Counted from the stretch's first letter, positions 1-15,320 are shown. The stretch: DNA of 64,000 bases from the human T2T-CHM13v2.0 reference genome, Homo sapiens (GCF_009914755.1 NC_060935.1), one strand, 5' to 3'. Numbers and translations: made by a program. Notes: generated by a model not told the origin, from the sequence alone.

Positions 1-632
1 ACTTGCCGCCTCCCTTCACTCACTCTGCTCCCAGCACAGTAGACATCTTGCTGTTTCTTAATACACCAATTTTATATCCAACTCAAGGCACTTGCTTTAG
101 GTGTTTCCTCTGCCTGACAATCTTTTCACTTGGATCTTCTCATACTTTTATTCACTTCCATGGCTACAACATACAGTTGTGGGGTTTAGGCACTACACAA
201 AGGCACTTGACAGTGAAGTCAAACGCAGGATGAAATACAGCCTAAATATTGGGCACTGACAAACGAACCCCAGGGTAGATCTACAACACAAAAAAGAAGG
301 GACATCTTTGCTAACACACTTAAATGTACCACACGTGCTGATGGAACTATTAACTTTTGTTTGTTATCTTCTCAACATACTTCCAAAGACAGACCTTGCC
401 TGACAGCCACTCTATCTAAAATTGCCTGCACTCCCATGATAACCCCTTATTTTTATTATTGTTCAAAGTACATATTACTTCTTAACCTTATATGTATTTG
501 TTTGTTGTTTACTATGTAAAATGTAAAATCCATTCAATGAGAGACATTCTCCATCTTGTTCACTGCCATAACCCCGGGACTTAGAACAGTACCTTTCACA
601 GAGTCGAAGCTTAGTAAATATTTATTGAATTG
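1..632 (+). mobile_element. L2 (L2a-like) LINE 3' end, interrupted by a MER91A-like element
   Basis: Start resembles L2 (ctcactctgctcccagcac...gtttcctctgcctg). End has the L2 3' terminus (ttgttcactgccata...ttagaacagtacct...taaatatttattgaat). Confidence 0.7.
159..350 (+). mobile_element. MER91A-like hAT-Tip100 DNA transposon relic
   Basis: Colinear, diverged similarity to recalled MER91A consensus (catacagttgtgggg...gcactacacaaaggcac...gaagggacatctttgctaa). Confidence 0.5.
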
Positions 633-3029
633 TATGTGTCATGTGGAATGAGGCATTTAGGATTAGAGCCCAAGTTACTAGATACCCAATTTGCCTCATT
701 AAGCTTGATGAATAATTTCAGCAGTAATTAACAAACATATACAATTTTATAACAAGCACAAACTAGAGTTCATGTCAATTGTGTAAGCATGATACATTTA
801 AATAATATAATACTTTAGGGTTTTTTTAAAAATAACTTTCTTCATAAGTGCCCAGCTACCACCACAAGCAAAGCAAAATCTGCAATGTGCAAGGTTTCCT
901 AATGAAGCTCTAGGTAAGCATGCCTTTGCCACTCCAACTCTCTGAAGTTGTATATCAGGGGACCAAACCAACATATTGTGCCAGAAAGGAAACTCCTAAG
1001 AGCTTCAGCACTCGATACCGTTTGGAATGTTCAGACTAAAATACACTAAACTCTTTTCTTGCTTATGACATATTCCAACACACACACAAAAAGACTGTAG
1101 TAAAAAGTCTATTAATAATTATATTTCATAAGTTGTTTTATCCCATGAAGATGTTTTATCCTTCTTTTCAACAATGGTATCTTTCACTTGTGCGAACTTT
1201 TCTAATGTCTGATGGTTTGAACTTCGGTTCAGCATTCTATTAGCAACTTGGGGTTTGCCTCATTCTTGCATCTTTAGCAATTAACCTCAACACATTTTGG
1301 CAATTAGCAAATTTTGATTCTTCTAGTATATAAGGCATACTACATGAATAAAAAGTCCATCTCTGCTCAAAGTAGTGACTCAGAATAACTTCTTCCTATA
1401 AGCCTAGGTCTTGGGCTGAAACTATCTTTGAAATCAACAAAGCAACAGCTTCTCTTGTAAAAGTTTCTGAATTCAAGAGAAAAAAGAAGACAAAATTATG
1501 TTCATTTAAAAAAACAATGCAGATGTCTTATTCTGTTTTTGAAGGGGAAACACTTGAAAGAAGAAAACTATTACTAAGAATTGCAAATTAAGGTATTTTA
1601 TACAGAAAAAGCCAAGCTAAGCAAATGAGGATGTTTCTTTGTATTAAAAGAAAAATATTTTCTCTAAATGCTTTGTAATTGAAGAATCAAGGCATAATGT
1701 CTATTATTTTGTAATGCATCAGTCAAAATAAATTTCAAAGTAGAACACTTAGCTAAGAGGTCTTGATCTTTTTCTCCCTTAATCATACTGCATACTCAGT
1801 TTTATATTATTTTATTCTAGAATGAACTAGAATATCAGTGAAATCATTAAAAGATCAATAATAAGGCTTTCAAAATAACATGTACAGTTAGCTTTACATA
1901 TTTGCGTATTTTAGGAATTATTCATCAGATAAATTCCATCTGGCTCAAGTTTCAAGACCAGACATTCATTTATGTAATTTATGCAGGGATATGTGACCAG
2001 CAATAATAGACATTCAAACTAAAATTCAAGAGTATGGAATTATTCAAAAGCCCTCCTCCCTTTAAATATGTAGGTACTTGCTGACTGCCCTTAACAGCTT
2101 TACCTTGTCTATTAGTGGCATTAAAGCAAGTGAGCTAAATGGCCTTTTATTCAGTGATATTTTTGCAGGTGAATTAATGCTACTTTTCTCAGCATGGGTA
2201 GTAAAATCTGGCTATTTTACATGTTTTATTTTGCAGCCTGAAAATTTATTTTTACACATCATCATTAATCTGCTTTTCTTTGGTTGGTAGCATGCAGTTG
2301 GTTGCAAATGCTAATTAGAAATATTAATCTTATGTGTCAATCTATAACAATAAGCAAGCAGAGAAACATTTGTTTAAAAAGTTCATTATTATTATTTGAG
2401 TTCTCCCCCAACCCCTACTTCTGTATTTCAACTATAATTATCTCAGAGGGTTGTTTTCTAGAAAATTTCACATCTGGCTATCTCTCCAAACCTCATAAAA
2501 ATGTTACTCCCTCTGGCTTATTTAGCCAATCATGAGGTGTAAGGACACACAGCCTAGATGTGCAGCTAGAAGGTTATCGTAAGAGGCGTGGAATAGGAAC
2601 CAGAGAGAAGCCTCTAGAAAACTTGAGCACTTCTCCAAACTCTAAGTACTGTTTTTGCTCATTTCATAGCATAGTATATATAGTTCTGTGTTACAAAACT
2701 TGCAGTTGGCTGGCTTTGCAGAAAGGTTTGTACCTCTTTGAACTCGTCAGTTCAAGAAGATTTCCTAATACCTTTTTGGCAACCAGCAGCCTTTACCTGT
2801 GTTTTCTATTCCAGTCAGTGTTTTTTCATTCCCACACTTGTTTCAGGTTTAAAACTGAAGCTATTTTAGGTTTTTCCTTCTCCTTTACTCTCTATTTTCA
2901 AACGCTGGGCACATCCTTTAAAATTGATGACTAACTGATTAAGTACTTGATTTTCTAGCACCTGGCAGGTGTTAGATGTCTGGTACTTATTGGGGGCAAT
3001 TATAACACTAAGATTTTCCTTCTTCAAGA

Positions 3030-3378
3030 GGCCAGGCATGGTGGCTCATGCTTGTCATTCAGGCACTTTGAGAGGCTGAAGTCAGGGATCACTTGAGGCC
3101 AGGAATTTGAAAACAGTCCGGGTAAAAAGTGAGACCCTCTCTCTGCAAATATTAAAATAAATAATTTTTTTAAAAAAACAATAGTCGGGTGTGATGGTGC
3201 ATTCCTGCAGTCCCAGGTACTCCAGAGACTGAGGTGGCAGGGTTGCTTGAGCCCAGGAGTTTGAAGGTGCAGTGAGCTATGCACTCATTCCACTGCACTG
3301 CAGCCTGGGTGACAGAGAAAGACCATGTCTCCAAAGAACGAAACAAACAAACAAACAAACAAACAAACAAACAAAAAA
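3030..3378 (+). mobile_element. AluJ SINE with (CAAA)n tail
   Basis: Full dimer with J-type right arm (gcttgagcccaggagtttgaaggtgcagtgagctatg). Degenerate TSD aagattttccttcttcaaga / aagagtttctttcctgtcaga. Confidence 0.95.
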
Positions 3379-3624
3379 CCACATACACACAAGAGTTTCT
3401 TTCCTGTCAGAGGATCTTACTCAGTGACTCCCCACTTAAATGCAAATTTTTCAATCTAATTCTCAGGCCATCAGTTTTCAGTCTGGTCCCAATCTAGTCT
3501 GTCTTCAATACTATACTCCACCACCTGGTAACACCTCCAAACACCTAACATCCAGTTATACCAATCTATTCAAAATCTTCAAATGCAGCCACACCAAGTG
3601 AGTATCTCTGTTTATTTTTGCCCC

Positions 3625-3830
3625 ATCACTTATTGATAACTGATTCCAAACATGTTTATTAGGACCTAATACATATTAAGCATAGTGCTTGGAATATAAA
3701 GATAAGTCAGACATGGTCTCTGTCCTTAGAAATTCCATTTCATTGGTAAAAGCAGACCAGTAAACTAAAAATATTAGAGTAGTAAATGTGTGGAGGGTAT
3801 ATGAATAGAGTTTAAGGGAAAGAATTTCAA
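3625..3830 (-). mobile_element. L2 3' end fragment
   Basis: Antisense L2 end pattern (aaacatgtttattaggacctaat...aagataagtcagacatggtctctgtcctt). Confidence 0.55.
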
Positions 3831-3889
3831 CTTTCATTCCTTCCTACCAAAATGTTACCCACCATTCACATCCAGATTGAAAGCTTATG

Positions 3890-4440
3890 ACTCCATGAAA
3901 CTGTAAGATGTCAAAAATACTACCTGTCCATCTTTATTCTCTGCTTACTGAGCTTTAATTTTTTTGTAACATTAACCATTGCCTGAAATTGTTTAATGCA
4001 TTTTTTATTGTGTGCTTCTTCCATAGAGGGTAGAATTTCTAAGGGCAGAAATTCTATATTTACATGTTTATTCATTCCTGTTTTCAATGAGTACTTACTA
4101 ATTGCCTATCATATATTTCTCACGTTATGTCCAGCACCTGCACCAATAATAGATCTTGACTCATAATAGGTCTGCAGTAAATGTTTGTATAGCAAATGAA
4201 TGAATATATAAGTAAATGAAACTTCCCAGATGCATTACAATCTCCCTCTCCTCCGTTCTCCCATTGATCTTTGTTTCTCTTCTCCAAGCTTCTTTTTGGT
4301 ATTGTATTTTATTTAAATTTGCACAAGTATGTCACACCACTAAATTATCAGCCCTAGAGGAAAGGGAGCATGGCATCCATATTTGTATTCCCACACAGTG
4401 TCTAGCTAATTGTAGACACTTTAACGATTGAAATGAATGG
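3890..4440 (+). mobile_element. L2 3' end fragments (two in tandem)
   Basis: L2 terminal motifs ending aatgtttgtatagcaaatgaatgaat (~4205) and ttgaaatgaat (~4438). Confidence 0.5.
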
Positions 4441-5281
4441 CCAGGCATGGGAAACAGAAATTTAGACCCATTTATTTATGGAGCAAAGGTAGTCTATTTC
4501 TTATATTTGAGTGTCTGTATTTTCCTATCTGGCATCCCTCAGGCTTTGCCACTGAGCCCTTTGTGCCTTGTGCAAACATGACTATACAAATTAGTTTAGA
4601 TGAAGTCTTTCCTGAAGCAAATCCAACACATAAAACTCAGAATTCATTGAAGAGAGAAAATTTAATGAGTTTTTAAAAGATTTACCCTAAAAGATGATTC
4701 ACTATGAATTATAGACTTTCCTTTTTTTTTAAAAAAAAAAGTAAGGTCTTCCTGTACTATAATCAAAGTAAGTATTAATCTACAACAATGAAAAGGTTAG
4801 AATTTTTACACAGATTTTAAGAACACATAATTGTTTAAAAAAAAGTGTATATGCAAACCCTTCTCCTTCAATCTCAGTCTCCTCAAGAATCTTCAGTGGG
4901 AAAAAAAAATAAAAGGTGGGGAAAAAAAAATATCGGGGGCCATAAACTACCACCAAAATGTCAAGTATAGTAGAAAGAAGCAAACTAGTTTTACCAATGA
5001 ATTTACAAGTAAGTGTGGATGTTTTGCATTGTTTGGGGATTTCTGCACTGGTCCTCTATCCACTTTTCATTCACCCTTCCTACTGTGTAGCTATCAGAAG
5101 ACTGAACAAAGAGGCTTTTAATAGTGAAGGAAATGTGAAAGTCCTCTTCATTTAAGGGAAGTGAAATTAAAGTCCCCAGCTTCATGTCTTCCCTCCTTTT
5201 GGCCTTGCCATGGCTGGTCCTGATCTTCAGAGGTATAGGACAAGCAAGAAGGTGCTGGCACCAACCCCAAATGAGAGAGGT

Positions 5282-5415
5282 TACTAGCATTTACTCAACA
5301 TGACTTTTATGTTGGGATCCATGCTAGTCCTTGCATGGACACCATCTCATTTAATCCTTAAAATAGTTTAATGCAATAAACACATCAGACACAGAGAAAC
5401 AGAGGCATGGAATGA
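5282..5415 (-). mobile_element. MIR SINE fragment
   Basis: catctcatttaatcctt...gagaaacagaggca, antisense MIR core. Confidence 0.55.
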
Positions 5416-5520
5416 ACAAAGGAAACTAAGACATAAAAAGGAGAAAAAAATGACTATTCATAGCAGCAGAAGAGGAATGTACACTACCAGAAACAAGCCT
5501 CATAAAAAATTAACATTAAA

Positions 5521-5820
5521 TTCTTTTTCTTTTTTTTTTGAAATAGGGTCTTGCTTTGTCACCCAAGCTAGAGTTCAGCAGCATGATCACCACTCACTGA
5601 AGCCTCCAACTCCTGGGCTCAAGCATTGCTTCTGACTCAGCCTTCCAAGTAGCTGGCACCACAGGTATGTGCTACCATGCCCAGCGAACTAAAAACAAAA
5701 AATTAAGAGACAGGATCTTGCTATGTTGTCCAGGCTGGTCTTGAACTCCTGGCCTCAAGGAATACTCCTGCCCTGACCTCTCATAGTGTTGAGATTACAG
5801 GTGTAAGCCACTGCACCTGG
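5521..5820 (-). mobile_element. AluJ SINE
   Basis: Poly-T followed by an antisense Alu dimer. TSD-like aaaaaattaacattaaa / aaaaaattaaatcttaaa. Confidence 0.95.
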
Positions 5821-5881
5821 AAAAAATTAAATCTTAAAGACAAACAAAACTTAACTGATTAGCATCTAAATGCTTGGCATT

Positions 5882-7212
5882 CTTCAGCAAACCTGACAAA
5901 AACAAAAACAAGCAATGTAGAAAGGATTCTCTTTTTAATAAATGGTGCTGGGAAAACTGGCTATCCATATGCAGAAAACTGAAATTGGACCCCTCCCTTA
6001 CACCTTATAAAAATTAACTCAAGATGGATTAAAAACTTAAATGTAAAACCCCAAATCATAAAAACCTTAGGAGAAAACCTAGGCAATACCATTCAGGACA
6101 TAGGCATGGGCAAGGGTTTCATTATGAAAAGGCCAAAAGCAATTGTAACAGAAGCTAAAATTAAAAAATGAGATCTGATTAAACTAAAGAGCTTCTGCAC
6201 AGAAAGAGAAACTATCATCAGAGTGAACCAGCAACCTACAGAATGGGAGAAAATTTTACAATTTATCCATCTGACAAAGGTCTAATATTCAGAATTTAGA
6301 AGGAACTTAAACAAATGCACAAGAAAAAAACAAACAACCCCATCAAAAAATGGGCAAAGTATATGAACAGACACTTCTCAAAAGAAGACATTTATGCAGC
6401 CAACAAACATGAAAAAAAGCTCAACATGACTGATCATTAGAGAAATGCAAATCAAAACCACAATGAGATACCATCCCATCCCAATCACAATGGCGATTAT
6501 TAAAACATGAAGAAACAACAGATGCTGTTGAGGCTGTGGAGAAATGGGAAAGCTTTTACACTGTTGGTAGGTTAAATGGTTAAATTAATTCAACCATTGT
6601 GGAGACAGTGTGTTGATTCCTCTAGGAGCTAGAACCAGAAATACAATTTGACCCAGCAAGAAATCCCATTACTGGGTATATACCCAGAGGAATACAAATC
6701 ATTCTACTATAAAGATACATGCACACATATGTTTATCGCAGCACTATTTACAATAGTAAAGACATGGAACCAACCCACATGCCTATCAATGACAGGCTGG
6801 ATAAAGAAAATGTGGTACATATACACCACAGAATAGAATGTAGCCATAAAGAGAAATGAGATCATGTCCCTTGCAGGGACATGGATGAAGCTGGAAGCCA
6901 TCATCCTCAGAAAATTAACACAGGAACAGAAAATCAAACCCCTCATGTTCTCCCTCAGATGTGGGAGCTGAACAGTGAGAACACATGGACACAGGGAGGG
7001 AAATAACACACACTGGGGCCTGTCGGGAGGTGGTGAGGAGGGAGAGCATCAGGACAAATAGCTAACACATATGGTGCTTAAAATCTAGATGACGGGTTGA
7101 TAGATGGAGCAAACCACCATGGCGCATGTATGCCTATGTAACACGCCTGCATGTTCTGTACACGTATCTCTGACCTTAAAGTAAAATAAAAATAAAAATT
7201 AAAATTAAAAAA
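5882..7212 (+). mobile_element. 5'-truncated L1PA (approx. L1PA8-13): ORF2 C-terminus, 3'UTR and A-rich tail
   Basis: ORF 6648-6836 encodes L1 ORF2 C-terminal motifs (IPLLGIYP...KDTCTHMFIAALFTI...WIKKMWYIYT). L1PA 3'UTR present. Perfect 15-bp TSD TAAATGCTTGGCATT at 5867-5881 and 7213-7227. Confidence 0.96.
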
Positions 7213-8539
7213 TAAATGCTTGGCATTGTATTGAGCATTTCAAATACAAAATAGAAAAAGCAAACAAGCAATTTGTTTGTAGTAAGATGGATGAAAATCT
7301 GAGTTCCTACTCTCTAAAAAAAAATCTAATGACCTCCGGCACATTGTTTAACAACAGATTCCATAGATTCAGATTTTTTTCTGTAATATTGACATGGAAA
7401 TGTCCCCTCCAGAGCTTGCTACTAGAATAAAATAAAATAAAATGAAATACGAATAATACAACTAAAAGAGTAACACATAGAAAATGCTGAACAAATTGGG
7501 CTGTTAGGAAGCTTCTGGTAGATTATTATGTTTGAAAGATGCATCATGGTTCTAAATGACAAAGGCATCTATTTATTTTATAGAAATACTAGATTCACAA
7601 TGCTATCAAACATAGGGAAAGTATAGAAACTACTTCATTGGTCTTCACTTTATGATATTGCTAGATGCTACAGAGGTAAAATATTAGAGGCACAATGAAG
7701 ATGATAACTTAAACTTTCATATATCTTTACTTTTACCAAGATTCTACCTAAATAAATAGCCCTGCCCTTGAATAAGTCATTAGATTGGAAGAATTCACAA
7801 GGAATCACAGATTATTATTTAATGAATTCCTTTGCTTTTGGATAGGCACTGTATATATCAACTATATCCCTGAAGACATAACTTTCATGTAACTCTTAGT
7901 AAGCTTTGTCTATGACTAAACCAGCAATAGGCCAAATGAAATGCAAAGGTCATTTGCAGATTTTCACACCAATACAACAGAAACTTTTAGAAGCTAGAAA
8001 CTAGCAGGAAAAAAAACATCCCTCTCCTGTCTAATAGGAGTCATTTCTTCAGCACCCTCTGCCCAGTTTAATTTCCATGGGAACAGGGGGTGAGACGGAG
8101 ATCTTAAAATGCTACCATGACTCAAACGCATTTAAAAAAATTACATCCAATTTATTTTTTAAGCAATACATGTTCCTAACAGTTTGAGCTAATCAAATAT
8201 ATTTTGCACTTGGAGTAATGGTTATATAGGCTATTTTACCAGAATATGTTCATCTCTCTTCCCTACAGAAATCTTGAGTACAAAATCTATGCCTCAGAAT
8301 TTTTACAGATAACATCAGAAGATATCCAAAAATCAAGAGTATTTCCTATTTATTGAGTCATATTTCAACAAAGTTACCTGCTAGTCTCCAGCCTCAGTGA
8401 AGGTCAAACAAATGGGTTTTAACTCAGAAAAAGGCAAAATCCTGAGGGAAGACTAAATATATGTGAAGGGCTCCAGAACTTTATGAAATATTTCCTAAAT
8501 ATTTGTTAATAAAAGAAAAAGTTTAGAAGAGGAAGGTAA

Positions 8540-8715
8540 TTATTGTAGTCAGTGTTTTGTATGGGCTACATTATCTTTTTTAATTCTCGTATTAATCCTA
8601 TGAAGTAAGTTTCGCTCATCTTTTTTACAGAATGAGAACACAGAGGACGAAAGAATTGACTGGCTTTCCCAACCCTATAAAAATAATTTATTAGAGGCAA
8701 AGCAGAGATTTTGAT
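8540..8715 (-). mobile_element. MIR fragment
   Basis: taattctcgtattaatcctatgaagtaagt...ttttacagaatgagaacacagagg. Confidence 0.55.
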
Positions 8716-9084
8716 TTTTGTGTGGTTTTTCTTTTAAAAAATTCTACATAAAGAAATAGGATTGCTCATTATTAAATCTTGAGATTAGAAGAATTAACAA
8801 GCTAAATCTTATGTATTTCAATTTTCCTTTTTGTAGCATTTTGCAAAACTTGGACTAAATTTTCATGAGAGTATATGGGGCATAAGGCACCCTGAATCTC
8901 CAGGACTTTAATCACAAATAAAGTCTTAATCGGAAGTTAAATTTGGGATCTAGTTTCAACTCTGCATTACTCTTGGTTAGGGAACCTTATGTGTAGCCCT
9001 CTTGGTTAAACTAATAGATTAGTAAAAGAGGAGACTAATTTAGATGAGGAAGTAGTGGGCTATAGCATTTATGTGTTTGGGGCC

Positions 9085-9323
9085 CTTATCCAAAGAAACT
9101 CAGAGACCTAGGATCATATCTTCCTCTGCCAGTTATTGGTAATGGAGCCTAAGAAAAGTTACTTAGAGTCTATTTGTCTCAGTTTTCTCCTTTAGAAAAT
9201 AAAGATGGCAATAAAGATGGAGCTTATAGCATTGTTGTGGAGATTAAATGAGAAAATTTAAGTGTTATAAGGAGAGTACTTCACACATGGTGTGCACTTA
9301 CTAAATACTAGCCAATATTATTA
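9085..9323 (+). mobile_element. MIR SINE
   Basis: Core tctcagttttctcctttagaaaat...gttgtggagattaaatgaga and 3' end taaatactagccaatattatta. Confidence 0.75.
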
Positions 9324-10916
9324 GATAGATTTGATTCTAAAACCTATTTCAATTCTGGGATTTTTGCAAGTCGAAACTGTGCAATTCATTGTGGTTGAGG
9401 ATTCCAGAAGAAAGGCAATCTAGTAACTTTGAGGCTGTGATTGCGTCTGCCTCTCAATTAACCTCCCTGTTTTCAGTGGATGTCTTGGGAGGAGTGCTTG
9501 CACGAAGAAGAAATAAATGGGAAGGTAGAGAGAGAAAAGGTTAGCAAACAAAGTAAAAGAAGCAGCTTTACCTATATGTGAAAGTGATGATGTTGTCCTG
9601 TAACAAGGACTGAAGGCAATCTAGGTATGAAAGTAATAGTGTGTTAGGTGAGGATGTTACTTAAGAAAACAAGTACCAGAGAAAAAGACTGATAGCTCTC
9701 TTTAGTGAACTTAGAATGACCTAGTTCTTTGAGAGAAAATTTAAAATATACTGTAAGTGTTTTCGATTAAAAAAACTAAAAAATAGATCATCAGAGACTC
9801 ATCTGAGAGAAGAAGAATAAAATGACTTCTTTCCTTATCATCATTCTCTGGGCGAGGTTCTGCCGGTTGCATATTGTCTCAGCACCTGAGTATTGCCCTT
9901 CATACTTCACCAATTGTAGTAATTTAATGACTGTTTTCTACATTTTTTTCCAGAATAATGTAAATTCCTTCAAGATAAGAACCATGCCTGCTTTTCCCCC
10001 CATTAGTTGGAATCAATGGAGTTTTCATTTACTAACCACTTTCCCTAAAAGTGTGTCATGTTAAAAATAGCATCAGTTCTCAGTTATCTACCTTATGAAG
10101 AAGCTCACAGGCAGAATCAACAAAAGACCATGTAAATAAAGTTTCTGCTCATCTTTCCAAGCATGAGGCTAAAGAATGCAAGCCCCAATTATAATAGCAT
10201 TTCAGTGAAAAAATACAATTTACTTTACAGAAATCCACTTTGCAACATAGTTTCAGGTAAACCATGCCCGAAGTGAAGATTCTGGCCATAATCTCTATCT
10301 TCTCAGCAGAGATATTTTCCTACTAGTAAATAAATATAGCTCTGTTGTCTTTGGCTTTGACCAGGTAACTCACGTTTTGATTAGAAACTTACCATAATAA
10401 AAGGCATTGATAATCTGGTTATTGATAGTTAAGAATTGACTGTATGTTATCTATAATATCTGGGACATAGAGAGTCATCTTGACCTAACTTTTCATGAAC
10501 CTCACCCCTGGTTTCTCAAAGTCACATTCCAAAAACATTTTTGAATAGGTGAGGCATTGAAGCCTTGTATCTTCTTAAAACAACACAGTTACTATTAATA
10601 TTAACACAGTTACCTCCACTATTACTGACCATTGGCTCCATGAGTGACAACACTGCCTAAAATATTAACAGTTATTACACAACTATACACTCTGCTGTTG
10701 TTTTCCTAGACTATCTTAGTTCAGACAGGTCTATTATGCTATTAGGTCATTAATCATGTGGTGGCACCACATATACAGAATTCAGTATTGAAAGGTGGTA
10801 TCCCTAGCAATATTTTAGTTTTGGTTTTCTGCTCTCCACATAGAGGCTTTCTAACCTCTTCCTGGAATTATTTAGAAATGACCCTCAACTAAAGTTAAAT
10901 CAAAAACTCATTTACA

Positions 10917-11230
<314 letters not shown>

Positions 11231-11271
11231 TCACTTACAGTGTATTTTGTCATAAACAAGCCTCACCCCAT

Positions 11272-11712
11272 TTGGGTTAGTTTCCAAGGGCTGCTGTAAA
11301 AAAGTACCACAGAGTTGGTGACTTAAAATAACAGTAACGTATTCTCTCAAAGTTCTGGAGGCCAGAAGTTCAAATCAAAGTGCTGGGAGGATTACACTAA
11401 CTTTCAAGTCTCTATATGAGGACTTTTCCTTGCCTCTGCAAATTTCTGGTGGTGACAACCTTTCCTTGTGTTAACATAACTCCAGTCTCTACCTTTGTCT
11501 TCAAATTGCCCTTTTCTCTATGTATTTCTCTTGTTCTCTCACTTCTCACTGGATTTAGGGCCCACCCAGTTAATCCAAGATGATCTCATCACAAGATTTT
11601 TCACTTACTTATATCTGTATAAAACCTTTTTCTAAGATGGTCACATTCATAGATCCCAGGAGTTAGGAAGTTGGACATATCTTTTTGGGGACCACAATTC
11701 AACCCACAGTAC
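11272..11712 (-). mobile_element. MLT1 (MLT1B/C-like) MaLR solo LTR
   Basis: Antisense MLT1 hallmarks: ttagtttccaagggctgctgtaa...cttaaaataacag...gttctggaggccagaagttc...cacaattcaaccca. Confidence 0.85.
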
Positions 11713-12701
11713 CAATGATGAACCAAATGTAGATGCATATTTGCCTAACATCTGCAAACATCTCTGCATCAAGTTACCTGATAACAGTGAAGTGAGTGGT
11801 GATTCAACTGATTCTTATTGGAAGGGAAGAGCAAGGGATGATTAAAGAGAAAACAAAACAAAACAAAACAAAACAGTAGCCACTGAAAAATGTCCTTCCT
11901 TACCAAAATTTACTGTTCGAATATTTTCCGGGCCATGTATGCATGCTGAAATGATGAGTTTTAAGTGAAATTCGATTATCTTTGGATATAATTCCAATAT
12001 ACTTAAAGCAATGAAGACCTTGGCTTCTTATAGATAGGTTAATCAGGAAATGAAGAAAGAGTCTTCCAACAAATATGCTTAGTCTTGTGTTTTAAAAGAT
12101 ACGCTGGTCCAACCCAGTAGGAAAAATGAAACCTTCCAAGGAGAATATTTACAGTGCAGCTTGAATACAGTTTTATTCCACTTACTAATGCACATTAATA
12201 AAATCACATATTTATTTTTCATGTATTGTAATGAATTTTGGTGTTTTTATGATATGGAATGTTTTTCCAGGAAAGAAGTCCCTATTTATAACAAAGTATT
12301 TAATAAATAAGTCAATTGTTATCCCAAAACCAATTAGATAATAAATTTTGAGGTACTTATGCTTCTCTCTAATTAGCATATCATATTTACTTTGAATCTT
12401 ATTAAAACAAAATGTAAAACTTTCCGCTAATCAGAGCACATAACTTCTTAAATTTTTAGCACATTTAATAGTCATTCTGCTGCTTCCAGAGCCTTCCATT
12501 ATCTGAGCAAACAAAATGTTCTCCTCTGATGTGCAACAAATGCCTTTGATTCGTTTTGATGATTGTGTCGTTCACTTGCACACCAAGCCCTAGATCAGAA
12601 GTGTTTCCTCTGCCTTGAGAGAACATCCCCATTCCCCATGTCTTCCGCTTCCAGAGCCCAGTGATTTTCCCAATACCAATTCACTCTTTGCTCCTCTGTG
12701 A

Positions 12702-13022
<321 letters not shown>

Positions 13023-13959
13023 TCATCAATGTGTTTCCATTATTTTCCATTTTTATAGTGCCTGTGTTGGTTTTGACTAAAACAAAACAAACAATAACAA
13101 GCATATTGTTCATCTGCTTTATGCAAGGGATAGCCCATAGCACACACATGGACAAGATTATTTAAGATTTTGTCTTCTCAGCTAGATTGAATGCTCCTGA
13201 GAAGCTAGAAGCATATCTTAAATTTCTATGTTTTCACATTGAACAGCACTGAATAAAAATGGTTCAATAAATACTGGCTATTTAATCCAAAATGGGTAAG
13301 TGGTTAATTGAACACGTTCAATTGAAAATTAAATTGTATGTTTGGAAACCAAGAGCAAGTGGAGGGGAGGAATATTTTAGACACAATTAACTGCTGCCTC
13401 TGATAGTCGTTGCATTGGAAGTTTTGCAGCAACTTAAACTAAGAATCATTATTAACTGTTTTTTTTTCCCCTGTTTCCTGGGGAACTATTGACTATTAAC
13501 CCATGATGGTTTGTGTATTCCTCTCAACCCAGAAATATAATTTTTCTTAAACAAAGCAGAGGCCACTGGACAATAGTTATGATGAAAATTCTGGTGAAAT
13601 AAGCTATGTTTTCATGAAAAGATGGCTGATTTGACAGTTGTACTTGGTTTTACCTCTTTCTCTTTTTAACTAAATTTTGGAGAGCCAAGTAGGAAATTTG
13701 ACGGTCCTATTAATTACTATATCCCTACACTTGAAGACAATTTATGACACACACTCATCTCTGACTCAGAGAGGGAAAAATGGAAGAAGATTGGTAGCAG
13801 AGGTGAAGGTTAATTATCTTTGTCGATATGTATTCTGTACTGTATTTTAAAAAATAAAACAAAATGTATTCCGCCATGGTCTTTAGGATGCTAATTGATA
13901 AATGAATATTCAAAGGTTAACAAAATAGAAATCTTACCATTATGGTGATCATAGTTTGT

Positions 13960-14280
13960 AGGATCCAGTCTAAACTGCCAGTATTATTAGGCTGGGCTAC
14001 AACAACTGCCTCTAATTTGTTTCCTGGTTTTCTCTTTTGATTTCCCATAGCCTATTATCTATAAAGAAGTTAGAAATATTTTTTAAGAATCAAAATAGGT
14101 AAAATCATTTGACCCTTTAAACCAACCAATGGTCTTGCCATTTGCAGTGGTTCTTCATTCTAAAGTAGGTATCATGACCTAGGAGTTCCCATCGGATCCA
14201 GCCCCTACAGATTTCTCTCACCTCCTTCAGAGTCTCCGCACTAGATACGATAGAAGCAGAGTCACAGAGAAGTTTGCACT
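13960..14280 (+). mobile_element. L2 fragment
   Basis: ctgggctacaacaactgcctctaatttgtttcctgg...aaaatcatttgaccctttaaacc resembles L2 near its 3' region. Confidence 0.45.
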
Positions 14281-15044
14281 CCAGGTAAAAAGACTGAAAA
14301 AAAGCTAGCTTCCTGATGAATTCTATAATACCTAGATGTTTCAGAAAGGTATTTGTAAAATAAACCATATCAAATACATGTTTAAATAAAAACATTGAAT
14401 TAAAAAATGAAGAGTGAGCTTAAGGTCACTCTGATGGCCATAGCCTATACATATGTTTTTTCCAGAATTTGTAGGGGTGACAAACTAAGTATTCTAAGGA
14501 ACACATGGATAGAAGGAGGATTCTGGGTGTTTCTATACATATTCATTACACCATCTAATTTATTACCATGTTTACCACCAAAATTTCAGAACAAATTATA
14601 TTCTATATCAGGCCCCAAGGGAGTTTTCATCTTCCTGGCTTGGCCAAGCACCAAAACAAAGCACATTAAAGAGAGGAATCGCAGTGTCAGTCGTTAATAT
14701 TTAAAGTGATGTAGAAGGTGGTGCTCCTTAAAATGCAAACTGCTCACCCTTTGGATGAAAAATTAAATCCATTCTACTCATTCTGCACTTGTAATCAGAC
14801 ACCCTGTGAAGACAGCAGACACATTTCTCCCTGAAGAAGCAATAAATAAACAAACATAAAAAAATTATCTAACTATGAATTCTCACTAAGATGATTCCTC
14901 CTACCATTCACTCCTCCAGCAGAAAAATAACAAAATAGACTTCTACCTGGTCCCATTTTCTGTTTTCACTTCAGTGAGATTAGATTGGGATACATTTAAA
15001 AAATGATGATATCCTAAAATGGGTTTTCCTTGAAAAATTATCAA

Positions 15045-15320
15045 ACCAATACTATTGTAAACATGTTTTTCAGAGTACTAATTGTATAAGATATCCTAGA
15101 AGAAAAACATAATTCTGTAGTCAAAAAGTCTGCAAAATACTGCAAATGCACTCCCCTATTAGAATTTCACAAGGCATCTTAGCTTTCAAAAGGTTCCAAA
15201 AAGTTCCGCATTATTGAGTGCTACTCAATTTTGTTTAACATAGCATTCCAAACTTGGCTGGATGTGGTACTCTTATTCATCTTATACTGATTGACAACTA
15301 AAGTACCAACTGGGACACCA
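15045..15320 (-). mobile_element. MER103C-like hAT-Charlie relic
   Basis: ctcccctattagaatttcacaaggcatcttagc...ttttgtttaacatagcattccaaactt matches recalled MER103C in antisense. Confidence 0.6.
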